62,859 bases of DNA, filler included, from Dicyema japonicum (GCA_011109175.1; 6 parts of 6 records of this genome joined end to end with filler, not necessarily neighbours in it); one strand, 5' to 3'; counted from the first letter of the whole stretch, positions 48,866 through 62,423 are shown. Translations and numbers: made by a program. Notes: generated from the sequence alone by a model not told the origin.

Positions 48866-49520
48866 TGAATTTTTCAGCTAAAGAAGAGGAAGCTAGAAAA
48901 ATTACCGTTATTTCAAGAAAAACAGGAACTACAGTTTTTGTTTGTATAATGAATAATGCATATATACATTGCTTAATTTGCAATAACTGCATTGCTACAC
49001 CGAAACAGTCAGCCTAAAAAAACATTATGAAACTAACCATCCATCTTCCGATAAATGCGAGGGTTTAATAGGTGTTTCAAGACTCAAAGAATTGAAGGAT
49101 AAGTTGACACAGAGCAGGTCAATGTCGCTTCTGTTACTGCAAGCTATGAACTCAGTAGAATGATCAACATGGGTGGCAAATCTTACGGTAAAGGAGATTT
49201 CATAAAGCATTGCATGGTAAGAACGACTGATATTGTGTACCCGCAGAAAGCAGTTATTTACTGACATTTCAATAACCAGGAACACTGTTGCTGGACGGAT
49301 TAGTGAAATGGCTGATGATTTGAAACAACAGTTGAAGACTGTATCATCTAAATTTGAACACTTTTTTATTGCTATTAATGAGACCGTTGACATCCCTGGA
49401 ATAGCACAGCTTGCAGTTTTCATCAAAGCCTGTGACAGTGAATTTAATATGTAGAGCTGATTGAACTGATTCCAATGCATGACATTACAACGAGCCAAAA
49501 AATGTTTGAAAAATCGAATA
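48866..49520 (+). mobile_element. hAT transposase fragment (SPIN/Charlie, GTF2IRD2-like), N-terminal half
   Basis: CLICNNCIA, KHYETNHP, SYELSRMI, GDFIKHCM, SITRNTVAGRISEMADDLKQQL and IAINETVDIPGIAQLAVFI, spread over frameshifts. Confidence 0.85.
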
Positions 49521-51199
49521 GATTCTTCATGACTATGATAAGGCTATCAACGATATCTCCTTTTCCTTAGAATATCCATCACAAATACTGAGAACGCCAT
49601 TTTATCTACCCTTCTACCAAAATGAAAATCTCACTCTCTTACGAAAAAAGAATGATTCCTCAACGTTTTCGTGCATAATATCACTTTTCATGAAAAAAAC
49701 ATAATTTTCACCGAACATCGCCTTTTTTCGTCAATGCGGAATGCCTTGTGTTGGGTGATAAATGAAGTAACTCATAGACAACTCAAGCTGCTTAATATGC
49801 TGTACACCTGCAGCGAACTGACAGCCTAAACAAAATGTATAACTTTTTTTCACAAAATAGTTGGAAATTACCATTGGAAGGGCACTTGTGTCGATAGATT
49901 CAGCTTTTCCGTCTACGATTACGATTATTAATCCAGGATGGGCTAAAACTAAAAATTTTACCATGTGTTCGAAAGCTTCTCGTTGTAATTATACAAGGCT
50001 TAATTGTTTCCAAAAACTCGAAATTTTGAGATATAAAGATGAGAATANGTAAGACCCAGTGGCTTCTCCAGTTGATCTATGTTGCAATTGTGCGAAGCAA
50101 CATCGTTTGTGATACCTGTCCCGTCAAAGAGAAAATGCATTTTAATGGTATGGATCACTTAATTAGACGATAAATTTTATCCTCTTTCTGGTGATTTCGG
50201 GGTTAATAAATTAAATTTTTAATTAAGCAATTGAAAATAAAAATTCAATTTATAAAAATTGACTCATCTCCTTTCGACCAACCCTTTGTCAATAATAATG
50301 TTATTTTATAATTGTTAGCTGTAAATTTTGTCATCTTTTTCACGTGAATTATGCACCCATTTATCTCAAAATCTATTTTTACACTTTTTAAAATTTTCTC
50401 CAAATTGGAGTCAGTCATTTCTTTTCTGACGTCCACATTGACACATGTCACCTCAACTCGACAAGTTGGTTCAATACAGATATAAAATCTTTATTGAAAC
50501 CTCAACCCCGAGCTTGTGCTCAACCACAATACTGTATAAGTTTTTTTAAGATGTAAGTTCTCGTAGTTTCTTGGATGGATAGCCTACCTCGGACCTATTA
50601 CATGTATCTAAGCACGCGAGGTTCGGAAGAGAAGAAAGTAACAAAGCATTTTGAAAGATCACTTGCTTGTACATTTACTATTGTTACGTCAGAACTACCT
50701 GGTCCACATGCGGAAAACGCTTCGAGCTATCTTCAGATGCAATCCAACTCGCTAGATTAAGTGCTGTTTAATTTTCACTAATAAAATAAAAATATTTCTT
50801 CAAAAAATTGAAAAGGTTAAATTTGTTTTTAAGAGTGCTAATTTGTCCACGTGATGCCAAGTGACTAATTAATTGACGATTTGTATTCCTTTTTTCTAGT
50901 GAGATCTGCGAGTCTCCCTAATTCAGAAAATTGTACTATAATTGACGGAAAGGTTTATCTCAAAGTTGCTGACAGACTCCACAAGCTAGCATAAGCACAG
51001 AAAAAATGCGGTTTTTCTTGGATATATGTAGAACAAGGGAAAATATCCGGAATGTGATAAATAGAGCAAGTATTTAGAGATTGAAAAATTAAAAAATTAG
51101 AAAATAGAAGAAAGTCTATAATATTCGTGAGGAAATTGAAGGAATAAAAGAATCTGTTTATTTAAACACTCTTCTTACAAAGCAATAATAAAATATTTA

Positions 51200-53637
51200 T
51201 TTCAAATCTCCTAAGTGGTCTGTTGTGAGTAATTGCATCATCATGGAGCGTCGATCATACAATGGAGCAACACACATTACACCCAAGAGATTGGACACTA
51301 CATGCTCTACATGCAATTTTGCCAATGCACGCAAATATGGACTTTTCTGCTTGTCTTGCCGTGACTTTTTCTACCTTGGATGCATAAAGATGTCTCAGCG
51401 GGCTGCGTGCTCACTCTGCCTGTGGAACTGCAGTATCTGCATGGGAACTGATTGGAAAACCCAGAGGATCATTCCAAACGATCATGTTGAACCAAATAAG
51501 CCTGTAGACTTCAATGATATGGACAACCTCTTGCTCTTCTTGTCGGATCTAAGGAAAGCCAGGAAGATCCCAATNGATATGGACAACCTCTTGCTCTTCT
51601 TGTCGGATCTAAGGAAAGCCAGGAAGATCCCGATCAGGATCCCAAGACCCGTCCGGATCCCCGCGGCTACATGCCTGGCCTCTGCAATTGACGATGCTCT
51701 CACGTCCGTCGACCAGGAGGCCTGGCTAAAACTTCTCAGTTTTGCCCCGATGGCACTTGGAATTCCATTTATCGACTCAAAAGGAGATCAACAGAATACA
51801 GAAGAAAGTACGACACTTGGGAACTCCCTTTCCTCAAAAATGAAGAACATCCAGGTTTTCTATGTGCTTTCTCTCACCAAGACGGAAGTCAAGAAATCAA
51901 GACATTCTGATTCCAATTCTCCGGTTTATTTGAATGGCCCGGAAAAACTTAAAGAGAGTGAACCGCAAACTATTCGAAGGCGACGTCCGAGCGGCGTTGC
52001 GCGTCGTCGCCAGCGACGAAGCTGTTATGGCTGCGACGCCTGAGATGCTAGAACTAACCAGACATAAACATCCNTTCTGATTCCAATCCTCCGGTTTATT
52101 TGAATGGCCCGGAAAAACTTAAAGAGAGTGAACCGCAAACTATTCGAAGGCGACGTCCGAGCGGCGTTGCGCGTCGTCGCCAGCGACGAAACTGTTATGG
52201 CTGCGACACCTGAGATGCTAGAACTACTCAGACATAAACATCCATGTGCTCCGGAAGATTACCGCCCATTCGTGCTTCCGGGAAATTTGTCAAGGATGAC
52301 CTTCACCGAAGGCGAAGTGCGACGTGGCATTTCGTCGTTTGCAGCGAGTAGCAGTGTAGGTATCGATGGCTTGCAGCCGGGTCACATCAAGGATCTTACG
52401 GCGGAGGCTACTGCAGAAGCAGGCTGAAACCTTGTCAAATCAATTACAAAACTGGTTATGCGTATTTTGAACGAAAATATTCCTCATCACGCAAGGGAGC
52501 TCCTTTTCAGTGGACATTTATTGGCATTCAAAAAACCTGAAGGTGGGGTCCGCCCCTTCGCAGTCGGCAACTATTTCAGAAGACTGACAGCGAAAATCCC
52601 ATGCAGCATTGTCTGTCCAAAAATATCTGAAGAATTTTCCCCCCTCCAACTGGGGGTTGGTATAAGGAACGGATGCGAAGCGGCAGTGCATGCTGCGAGG
52701 TGTTTATTTGGACAGAAAAACGAACAAAACCTACACATTGGGGTCAAGCTGGACATCTGCAATGCCTTCAATTCATTGAGGAAGGATCAAATTTTCGAAA
52801 CTACATGCAAACGAGCCCCGGAACTTATTCCACATGTCTTCCTCGCTTATGGAAACAATTCTTCATTGGTTTTTGGGCGCAAGATTATCTGTTCGGAGAC
52901 CGGAATTTAACAAGGGGACCCACTTGGTCCACTACTCTTCGCTCTGGCCATCGATGAAATTGTCCGCTCTATAAACACACAACTAAACCTTTGGTATCTC
53001 GATGACGCCACAATTGGAGGGCCGTGGAGAAAAGTACACGACGTTTGTCACATGCCGTGCCGGTACTACGAAACCTCGGACTTGAGATAAACATAAAGAA
53101 ATCGGAGCTAATAAATGTTACATACTCGGAGAGTGATTTCATCAACGTGGTCGAGTCTTTCAACTCAGTACTACCTGGAATCACTGTCGTACTCAGGGAG
53201 CGGAGATACTTTCTTGGGTGCCCACTTGACGAAAAGGAACTGCGGAGCCACCTACAAACAAAAGAGGATGAACTCTCTAGAGTCACGGAGAAACCCTCCT
53301 TACTCGATGCTCATACAGCGTTCTTCTTTTTGAAGAATAGCATCGGCTTGCCCAAACTCCTATATGCTCTCCGATGTTCTCCCTGCTTCAAACATCGTGA
53401 CATCCTCCTGTCACTGGATAGGACATTGAGAAAATCAGCTGAATTGCTTCTAAACATCCACTTTGATGTGCCGAGTTGGAACCAATGCAAGCTTCCTACA
53501 CGCCTCGGAGGAACGGGTCTCAGGTCGGCGCTGGAGATCGCCTTTCCAGCATATGTGGCATCGCTCTCAAGTGGAAGCCTTTTGGTCCAAGATATCCTAC
53601 GTTTTCCAACCGGACTTTCTTGGGAAAAAGTCTTCGA
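51200..53637 (+). mobile_element. CRE-clade non-LTR retrotransposon A (PHD finger and RT), 3' end in the gap
   Basis: PHD-like C4(H>Y)C3 at 51303-51440, then LFEGDVRAAL, GIDGLQPGHIKD, GGVRPFAVG, QLGVG..GCEAAVHA, LDICNAFNS, QGDPLGPLLF and WYLDD. In-frame stops lie near 52425 and 52908. Confidence 0.92.
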
Positions 53638-54588
53638 NNNNNNNNNNNNNNNNNNNNNNNNNNNNNNNNNNNNNNNNNNNNNNNNNNNNNNNNNNNNNNN
53701 NNNNNNNNNNNNNNNNNNNNNNNNNNNNNNNNNNNNNNNNNNNNNNNNNNNNNNNNNNNNNNNNNNNNNNNNNNNNNNNNNNNNNNNNNNNNNNNNNNNN
53801 NNNNNNNNNNNNNNNNNNNNNNNNNNNNNNNNNNNNNNNNNNNNNNNNNNNNNNNNNNNNNNNNNNNNNNNNNNNNNNNNNNNNNNNNNNNNNNNNNNNN
53901 NNNNNNNNNNNNNNNNNNNNNNNNNNNNNNNNNNNNNNNNNNNNNNNNNNNNNNNNNNNNNNNNNNNNNNNNNNNNNNNNNNNNNNNNNNNNNNNNNNNN
54001 NNNNNNNNNNNNNNNNNNNNNNNNNNNNNNNNNNNNNNNNNNNNNNNNNNNNNNNNNNNNNNNNNNNNNNNNNNNNNNNNNNNNNNNNNNNNNNNNNNNN
54101 NNNNNNNNNNNNNNNNNNNNNNNNNNNNNNNNNNNNNNNNNNNNNNNNNNNNNNNNNNNNNNNNNNNNNNNNNNNNNNNNNNNNNNNNNNNNNNNNNNNN
54201 NNNNNNNNNNNNNNNNNNNNNNNNNNNNNNNNNNNNNNNNNNNNNNNNNNNNNNNNNNNNNNNNNNNNNNNNNNNNNNNNNNNNNNNNNNNNNNNNNNNN
54301 NNNNNNNNNNNNNNNNNNNNNNNNNNNNNNNNNNNNNNNNNNNNNNNNNNNNNNNNNNNNNNNNNNNNNNNNNNNNNNNNNNNNNNNNNNNNNNNNNNNN
54401 NNNNNNNNNNNNNNNNNNNNNNNNNNNNNNNNNNNNNNNNNNNNNNNNNNNNNNNNNNNNNNNNNNNNNNNNNNNNNNNNNNNNNNNNNNNNNNNNNNNN
54501 NNNNNNNNNNNNNNNNNNNNNNNNNNNNNNNNNNNNNNNNNNNNNNNNNNNNNNNNNNNNNNNNNNNNNNNNNNNNNNNNNNNNNNNN
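53638..54588. other. Scaffold gap (951 N)
   Basis: Run of N without the linker motif. Confidence 0.98.
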
Positions 54589-55180
54589 AAAAATGTTGTA
54601 AATGAAGACGACTCTGTGAATGATAGTAACAAAATCAACAATTCATTAGAAATTATGGACATTACTCCAACTCGTTGTCTCTTTCAAGTAACTCCACAGG
54701 AATATTTTGGATAAAGAATATACTACATGTCATAATCTTGTCGAATAGATAAACAAATATTTTGATAACTGCGACGCCATCATGCTGAATTTACCGATGA
54801 AGCCGAGTCTTCTATTATTACCACATATAAAAATAACCGACAAGCAAGACATATCTGAAAGTTTTTGAAGTTAACAATCTTTTCGTTTGTTTTTTGCTAT
54901 AATTTATTATATGACCGATCATGAAGTCTGGGTGGCCCCAGTATATTAAGACCTATATCCATCATATTGATGAGTAACGGAGGTATGATCCGTTCGACTT
55001 AGTAAAAGGCGTAGAGTTTTATCACGTAAAAGCTGATTTGTCCAACCAATCAATCTTCTACTGAGTAGGGACTTGATGTTGCACGGACAATAATATTGAT
55101 CTCGACTTCTGATGATCAATCCTGTTTCACTTGTATATTTACTTTGTCTTTATTTTTCAATTGGCTTTGAGACGTTTTTT

Positions 55181-55280
55181 NNNNNNNNNNNNNNNNNNNN
55201 NNNNNNNNNNNNNNNNNNNNNNNNTTAATTAATTAANNNNNNNNNNNNNNNNNNNNNNNNNNNNNNNNNNNNNNNNNNNN
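55181..55280. other. Artificial contig-join linker
   Basis: 44 N + TTAATTAATTAA + 44 N. Confidence 0.97.
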
Positions 55281-56139
55281 ATGGTCGAAGCTGACGGAAG
55301 AGGGATAATTAGGAATACAAAGGAAACTTAAGTAATTTTATGTTTTCTCGGGAGTTTAATAATAATACCTTTCATATCCCCATTTACCGAAATATAACTG
55401 ATCTTTTCAAAATCTGCATAACTTGTTTGGATTGAATACTGAGAGTTTTGCAATTTTTCTAAATTAGCTTTTAGCCATTGATATTTGATAGTTTCAAGGA
55501 GTCATGAAACAAATTTTAATTCATTATTAATTGCTTCACATTCGCAAACAATACTCCCATCGTCTTCAAAATTGTTTTACTTTGTATTTTATTGCAACGA
55601 GGTTTTCGAAATAATAAAATGCTGCTTCTAATAAACTCCCCCATTTATGATTATTACATCTGGAGGTAATTTAATCTCATCAAAAGTAGCTCTGCACTTT
55701 ATTAATTTTGAAGGAGAAAATTTTATTTTTTTTCTATTAAGTGCTGCCGGATATTTTAACATTATTTTCATTTACAATTTTGTAGCAAATGAAAAAAACA
55801 AGTAATATGAAAATTTTTATTATTTTCATTTTTCAGTATCTTCACAATATAAGCAGCATCGCTAATAAATAAAATCAAATTGTAAAATTTAAAGAGAATT
55901 TATATGAAACATTTTTTTTTTTGATTTATAACATTTGAATTCGAATGTACAGAATTTATAGCTAATTTCACAATGTAAAAAGTCTCTGGAATAAAAATTG
56001 TCTCGGCAAATATATTTAATATTATTTTCCCGTTAATGTTATTTTCATCAATAATTAACTAAAAGAATTGTTCGTTTAAAAATGATTTGTGTAGATGAGA
56101 ATACACTTAAAAAACAATTTATAACATATAGAGCGTATT

Positions 56140-59100
56140 TCCCCTGGTGTTGTGGTGTATTAGCCGTTCTACTTTTTGGATTGAACATGACAATGGAAAA
56201 GGATCCGAAACCAACACCGAAACCCAAAGAGCATATTTCTCGCACGTCTATCCCCTGCATTATCTGTGGAGAGGCAAACAAGAGGAAATATAGTATCCAA
56301 TGTTCCCGTTGCCCAAATTTTGGACACCTTGGGTGCAACAAGCTGACAAGACGGACTGCTCAGTGTCTCCCAAGTTGGTCATGCCCCACATGCCTTGGGA
56401 ACCCCACAAGGCAAAAGGAACCGCTCTCTGGTTCAGTCCTGGACCTATTAACACGGACGAATGTTTACGCCGCCTGAACCGGCTTGTATCAGAGAGGGTT
56501 ATCCCACTCAGAATCCCAAAGTCGGTGCGCCTAGCAGCTGCCACGTGTCTCTCAAAACTAATCACCAAAGCAGTCAGTGACAACACCCAAGAAGCTTGGA
56601 TGCGCCTTCTCTGCTTTGCACCTCTGTCCTCGGATCACATCCGACCGAACTGAAGGAACGGAATGTCAAGTCAATCATCAAAAGGAACGTTTCTAAATAC
56701 GAAAGTATCAACCTGGCGGATACACTGGAAAGCATTTCGACTCTGTTGACTCACCCTCTTCATCCAGAACCAAGAAAAGGGATCTTCGCAGAGAAATAAA
56801 CAAGAAGATCATGGTCGGGGACATTCGGGGAGCCCTACGTACACTCTCCAGCAGCGACAAGGTTCTTTCACCAAGCAAAGAAACCTTAGACCAGTTAGTC
56901 CAGAAACATCCGCCCGCACCAGCTGATCTACGTGACACGAAAATTCAAAAGGATGTCCCACAACTAAATGCCACCCCTGATGATATTAAATGGGCTATTC
57001 GTGCATTCCCTGGAAGCAGCGGCGCCGGTCTGGACGGCCTACGACCAAGCCACATAAAAGACCTCACCTCTGTAACAACCCGTCGACNCACTCTCCAGCA
57101 GCGACAAGGTTCTTTCACCAAGCAAAGAAACCTTAGACCAGTTAGTCCAGAAACATGTTTCTGGACCAGCTGATCTACGTGACACGAAAATTCAAAAGGA
57201 ATGTCCCACAACTAAATGCCACTCCTGATGATATTAAATGGGCTATTCGTGCATTCCCTGGAAGCAGCGGCGCCGGTCTGGACGGCCTACGACCAAGCCA
57301 TATAAAAGACCTCATCTCTGTAACAACCGTCGACACAGGGGACTCCCTCATCGCCTCATTGAATGCTCTCACGAACCACGTTCTTCGGGCAGATATCTCG
57401 GAGTATGCTCGAGAACTCCTCTTCGCTTCGAGGTTGGTAGCCTTTAAGAAGCCTTGCGGCGGATAAGACCCATCGCCATTGGTAACGTCCTTAGGCGCCT
57501 ATCGTCGAAGATCGCTGCCAGAGCAGCCAGCAAGACTTTGAGTGCCGAACTTAGTCCTGTCCAACTCGGAGTTGGAGTCCAACAAGGAGACCCACTTGGC
57601 CCTCTACTCTTTGCTTTGGGAATCGACTGTGTATCATCTGCGATCAAAACTCCCTTGAGCTTATGGTACCTTGATGACGCGACCATTGGGGGGTGTTGGG
57701 AAATTGTTGTGGAAGAAGTTAAACGCGTCATCCCTCCCCTCGCGGCACTCGGACTGGAGCCGAATCCATCGAAGTGCGAAGTTATTAACGTGACCTGTGG
57801 AGAGGACACCTTTGAACGCGCAATAACGACCATTTCTACTTGCCTTCAGGACATCAAAGTCACCCGACTAGAAAAGGCAATTTTCCTTGGATCTCCTCTG
57901 TATGACATGTCAACTGTCCTGGAGGAGAAGAGTGAATCCGTACAGCTGCTTACGCATAATCTAAAGGTTTTGGACTCCTACATTTCTCTTTTCATCCTCA
58001 AGAATTTTCACTTTACACCACGACTCCTTTTTTTTACGGACATCCCCATGTTTCACATACATAGATTTCTTGAGAGTTATCGATGAGAAGCTGAGGACCT
58101 CTGTTGAAGAAACACTTAACATTTCTCTGGATAAAGCATGGTGGACCAAATGCAAGTTACCACTTCGTTATGGAGGAATTGGGATAAGCTCGCAACTTGA
58201 ACTCGCACTCCCACCCTTTCTGTCTTCGACGTATGCTTCCCGTGGTCTAGTTCACCAGATCCTAAGCTACATTAACGGATCGGACACTGAACCAATGGCA
58301 TGCATGGCTCACGATGTTTGGATTGGACTTAATTTGGGACTCCCGAAGAACTTCAACAAACAACGAGACTGGAACGAACTTGTATGTTCGAGGACCATCG
58401 ATGAGCTAAAACCACAACTCGACCAGCATCGTCTGGCTTGTCTGGCTACCGCATCACACAAACGTTAGCGGTGCATGGCTCAAAGCATTCCGTGCATTTC
58501 ACTCGGAACTTTTCTGGACGATGACTCCACGAGGATTGGGGTTTGCGTCCGCCTCGGAATCGATGTTTGCGCAATCCATCGCTGTAGATGTGGAGGAAAG
58601 TCGACGCGAAAAGGACTCCACGCACTTTCCTGCCGAAGGAGCGCTGGAAGGAGCCTGAGACATAGTGCAATCAACAAGGTTATTGCGTGGGGACTAGAAG
58701 CTGCCGGATTCCCTGTCCAGATGGAGCCCCTAGGACTTGCCACGGCAAACAGAAGGCCGGATGGAGCGACTCTGTTCCCGTGGGATGCTGGGAAGTACCT
58801 GGCCTGGGATGCCACCTGCGTAGATAGCTTCTCCCCTTCCAATATTACAATGAGTGCGACAAATCCAGGTTCAGCTGCAGAGAAAGCAGAAATACTTAAA
58901 GCAAAGAAGTACACATGCCTCGGCGAGCAGTACACATTTGAACCAGTCGCAGTCGAAACTTCGGGAGTCATAGGAAGCAGGTCGTTAGCCCTGCTCAACA
59001 AAATTGGATCGTTAGTCGCTAAAAGGAAGAGGGATGTCAGAGAAAAGGGCTGGCTCATTGAGCGCATCTCCTTACAGATCGTAAGGGGAAATGCGCTCTC

Positions 59101-59174
59101 AATCCTGAGAGCAGCCAGTAGCCTTTAACTATTTGGTTTTATTCTTCAATAAATTGTTATTGATCAAAAAAAAA
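56140..59174 (+). mobile_element. CRE-clade non-LTR retrotransposon B, near full length but disrupted (PHD, RT, CCHC, restriction-like endonuclease)
   Basis: C4HC3 PHD at 56256-56393; RT motifs QGDPLGPLLF and WYLDD; CRC..HALSC, LRHSAIN, RRPDG, WDATCVD, KAKKY and FEPVAVETSG. Poly-A at 59166-59174. Several frameshifts and an RT deletion. The 5' boundary is approximate. Confidence 0.93.
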
Positions 59175-59344
59175 TAGAACAATTAAACACTAAAGAAAGT
59201 GTCTATGCGGTTCATTAAATATATACAAATTCCAGTTCAATTCTGACACTTTTTTATATCTATTTTGACTTCAAGTGAATAAAATTTCCAAATACGATTT
59301 GTGATTTATTTTATATTTCTTGATTCGTTGTTCTTGTACCAATT

Positions 59345-59960
59345 TTATGTCAAGAAAAAATTCAAGAATATCAGAAGCTACGAGAAAAGCACTTATAAAT
59401 AAGGATGAAGAAGGTGGCGATTAGATACAGCTTGCTCGAGATCTTGGAGTTAAAAGGACAACAGCTATAGCCATCGTAAAAAGTGAAAATCCGTATGTTT
59501 GTAAACGTGGAGGTAGAAGGGATGCTTGATTAAACTTACGGATGATGATATGAATTTGATAATTGAAAAAATTGAGAATAATCCATCGATAACATTGAAG
59601 GAAATACGAACATTGGTAAATAATAAAGTTTGTATTGCGACAATATATAACCACCGACTTGATGGCCGATTGATTACCTACAAAATGCTGCAAAGAGAAC
59701 AATTTCCAGGAATAGTCTGGAAAATATAGAAAAAAAATATTTTCATTGGATTATCAAAGTAATAGAAAAATACATTTGGACGAAAAAAATTTCAATCTTT
59801 TTACATTAAAAAAATCTGGCCGATCCATATAGGATCACGTGCGATAGTTCCAGTAAGGGCAAGCAAAGGGGTGAATCTCAACGTTATTTTATCAGTTGAT
59901 GACAACGGAACAATTGTGAAAATTGAATCACACATTGGATCTATAAAATCGAAATTTATC
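59345..59960 (+). mobile_element. Tc1/IS630-type transposase remnant
   Basis: LARDLGVKRTTA (HTH), KRGGRR..KL, IENNPSITLKEIR, LDGRLITYK, a DE.NFNLF-like motif and ASKGVNLNVIL, across frameshifts. Confidence 0.7.
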
Positions 59961-60614
59961 AATACATGGAGAGGAAGTTAACAAAACAAGGTTTTTGACA
60001 ATGAAATCAACACAAATCAAAACGTTCTTAACGACGAAGAAGCGAGATAGTTGGAGAAATTAGCCTTTTTATTACCTTGCCGAGGATGGAGTGCAGATAT
60101 CGACGATAGCTTAATGAATGTTGTTTATGGTTGATAAAGGTCAATTCTGTATGAGTGGACTGTTGAAGTGTAGAGAAGCTCTAGACTGTGAAAGGCAAGT
60201 CTCTTGAATAAGTGTAATTTCGATATTTTGGGAACTCGAGAACTAAGATAATTAATCAGATTTTCTGTATTGTCTGCAGAAAATGCAAAAGATTTGTGAG
60301 GGATTTAATCTCAGCCCTAATTAGGGAGTACCCAGCGGGGAATGAAGTGGGGGGTTTTTTCGTCATTATGTTAGACATAATAAAGTGAGCCATAACGAAG
60401 GAATGTTGTTATCCAATTTGTGTAAATGAAATGTGGTAGTTTCGATGATATCCCGTTGTATGAGAGAACATGAAAAACGATTTACTTGGATGCGGAGAGG
60501 GATAAGGATGAGTTGGAAGTTAACTCTTCTAATTATTATTATATTATTATTATTTAATTTAAATATATTTAAATAGATTGGCGCCTACAGTAGACTATCT
60601 AAACGTCATCAGTG

Positions 60615-60806
60615 ATGCAAGTTTCTTCAGTTGATTTCGATCCCAATAATATTGATTCTGTTGAGTCCTTAGGACAAATAGAGATTGAAGAAGATGTTGT
60701 ATTAGCAGACGATCTCAATCCACAAAGCCGCTTCATAATCGACTATCTAGTAGTGGAAAATTTCAAATCCTACGCTGGAGTCAACCGACTGGGTCCATTC
60801 CACAAT
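60615..60806 (+). CDS. SMC4: SMC4 (condensin subunit), first exon; the rest is lost at a contig join
   Basis: RFIIDYLVVENFKSYAGVNRLGPFHN matches the SMC4 N-terminal motif (RLMI..I...NFKSYAG...LGPFHK). A GT donor follows at 60807, the expected position before the Walker A exon. Confidence 0.85.
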
Positions 60807-60821
60807 GTATTTTTATTTTTT

Positions 60822-60921
60822 NNNNNNNNNNNNNNNNNNNNNNNNNNNNNNNNNNNNNNNNNNNNTTAATTAATTAANNNNNNNNNNNNNNNNNNNNNNN
60901 NNNNNNNNNNNNNNNNNNNNN
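60822..60921. other. Artificial contig-join linker
   Basis: 44 N + TTAATTAATTAA + 44 N. Confidence 0.97.
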
Positions 60922-61239
60922 TTTTTTGGCGGGAAGGTTTTAAGGACCTCATCATGTGAGTCGGGGACATGCTTGTTGTTCATTTTAACCAAAATACAGA
61001 AAAAATTTTTTTAATTTTTTTTGGCGGGAAGGTTTAAAGGACCTCATCATCGAGGATATTCTTGATATGTTAGATTTTTGGGTGGAAGATTTTTTTGGAG
61101 ACGTCATCATTTTGGACTTGTTCCCCATTATTGGCTAATCATAAGGGGAAAGGATTTTGACAATTTATCTGTATTTTGCTAATTTGAAGTTGGTGTGCAC
61201 AGACACACAGACACACACCATACCATTTTATTATTAAGA

Positions 61240-61682
61240 TATACAAAACTATCATGGCTGGAGAGTTTGCTATGGATGTTGGATTACGGCCGTCGTGGGT
61301 CCGAATCCGAAGGAGGCTACTTTCCAGCTGGGGGTCAAGTCTCGTCAACGTTCCCTTTCCCGTGAGGCGACGAGTCCTTCTGGCACGACACAGTTGTAGA
61401 ATGGGGATCTCCCACCTTCCGGATCTTTCGTGGCGTTATGGGCCCACCAAGTCAGTTGGAACTTTCAATTGGATTTGGAAACGCTCAGGGGGCACCTAAT
61501 GCCCACAGAAAAAGGACCTCTAGAACTCTGACCCCGGGGATATCGTCGTCCCAGGACGATCACTTTGCGCAGGATCGAACCTTTCCGGAGGTTCTCCGTC
61601 GCTTGCGAAGTGCATCGGGGATCACGGGGATTTTAATTAACTGGTTTACCCTGGTCCTTTGGTCAACTAAATAAATAAATCA
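61240..61682 (+). mobile_element. I/Jockey-group LINE 3' end
   Basis: ccttctggcacgacac is shared with 4630-4650 (minus). The gcatcggggatcac..tggtttaccctggtc..taaataaataaat end matches 225-280 (minus). Confidence 0.55.
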
Positions 61683-62064
61683 TGCCAAAACGTTTTCCTA
61701 ATATACGGGTCGATGCAACAATACAACAAAGCTAAAAATACAATATGACGAGCATGCAATATGGATCATTGATGCGGATTTCATCTTAAGAGATAATCTT
61801 TGGAATTAGAATTAATTCACAGAACGAATATTGTACTGATTGTTCTTACCTGGAATTTCTCCACATTATTCAAGAAGTGCCTTCTTAAAACCAAAGAAAT
61901 TGTTCTGTCATATATTCAGACAACAGCATTAATAGAGCTTTGGAAAACAGTTTATAATCACTGATAATTAAAGGCTAGAAGACGATCTCATAACCTCCTA
62001 ACCTCTTAAAAGCAGTGTTTTTATAAGTGGAGAAGGATATGATTGCAAAATAAAAAATTGGATG

Positions 62065-62423
62065 AAATTTTGGTACTTATATGATTCATACACCCCACTT
62101 TTTAGTGTTGAATTAAATTAATGAAATTTTTTAAAATTAATTCATAAAATTGGTTATAGCTACCATGCGGATTTAAATAATTTAATTATCAAAATAACAC
62201 AATAGTACCAATAAATATTTCAAATGCAGTCATTTGATGCCTCTTAGGGCACTGCTTTTCTGGAGGAATGATTCCAACTGATTGTAGAAAGATAACTGCG
62301 TCTTCCTCGGACACGGTAGTTCATAATCTTTTAGTGTTGAATGCGCGCGACTCATACTAGTAATCACTAGGTTGCAAAAATATTTCTGAGTGGGTGTATG
62401 AATCATACAAGTACCGAAATTTT
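62065..62423. repeat. About 35-bp imperfect inverted repeat pair (62065-62099 and 62389-62423)
   Basis: aaattttggtacttatatgattcatacaccccact versus the reverse complement aaatttcggtacttgtatgattcatacacccact. Confidence 0.7.

Noticed and set aside
49312-49326. CTGATGA-TTT-GAAA as a minimal hammerhead core
   Set aside because: No stem II, and it lies in transposase coding sequence (ADDLK).
51516-52250. Short tandem duplications flanking single n characters (51575, 52074; also 57089)
   Set aside because: Typical of overlapping contig ends joined by a scaffolder, not biological repeats.
53024-54714. Long ORFs of 380-525 aa in the supplied track
   Set aside because: Their length comes from translating the 951-N gap.
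51200-59174. Tandem array of CRE elements implying a site-specific target such as SL RNA genes
   Set aside because: The two elements are on different contigs separated by a linker, and no shared flanking target or TSD was found.
59155-59174. TGATC just before the poly-A in both the CRE (59161) and R4-like (11987) elements
   Set aside because: A 5-nt match between two unrelated clades is easily due to chance.
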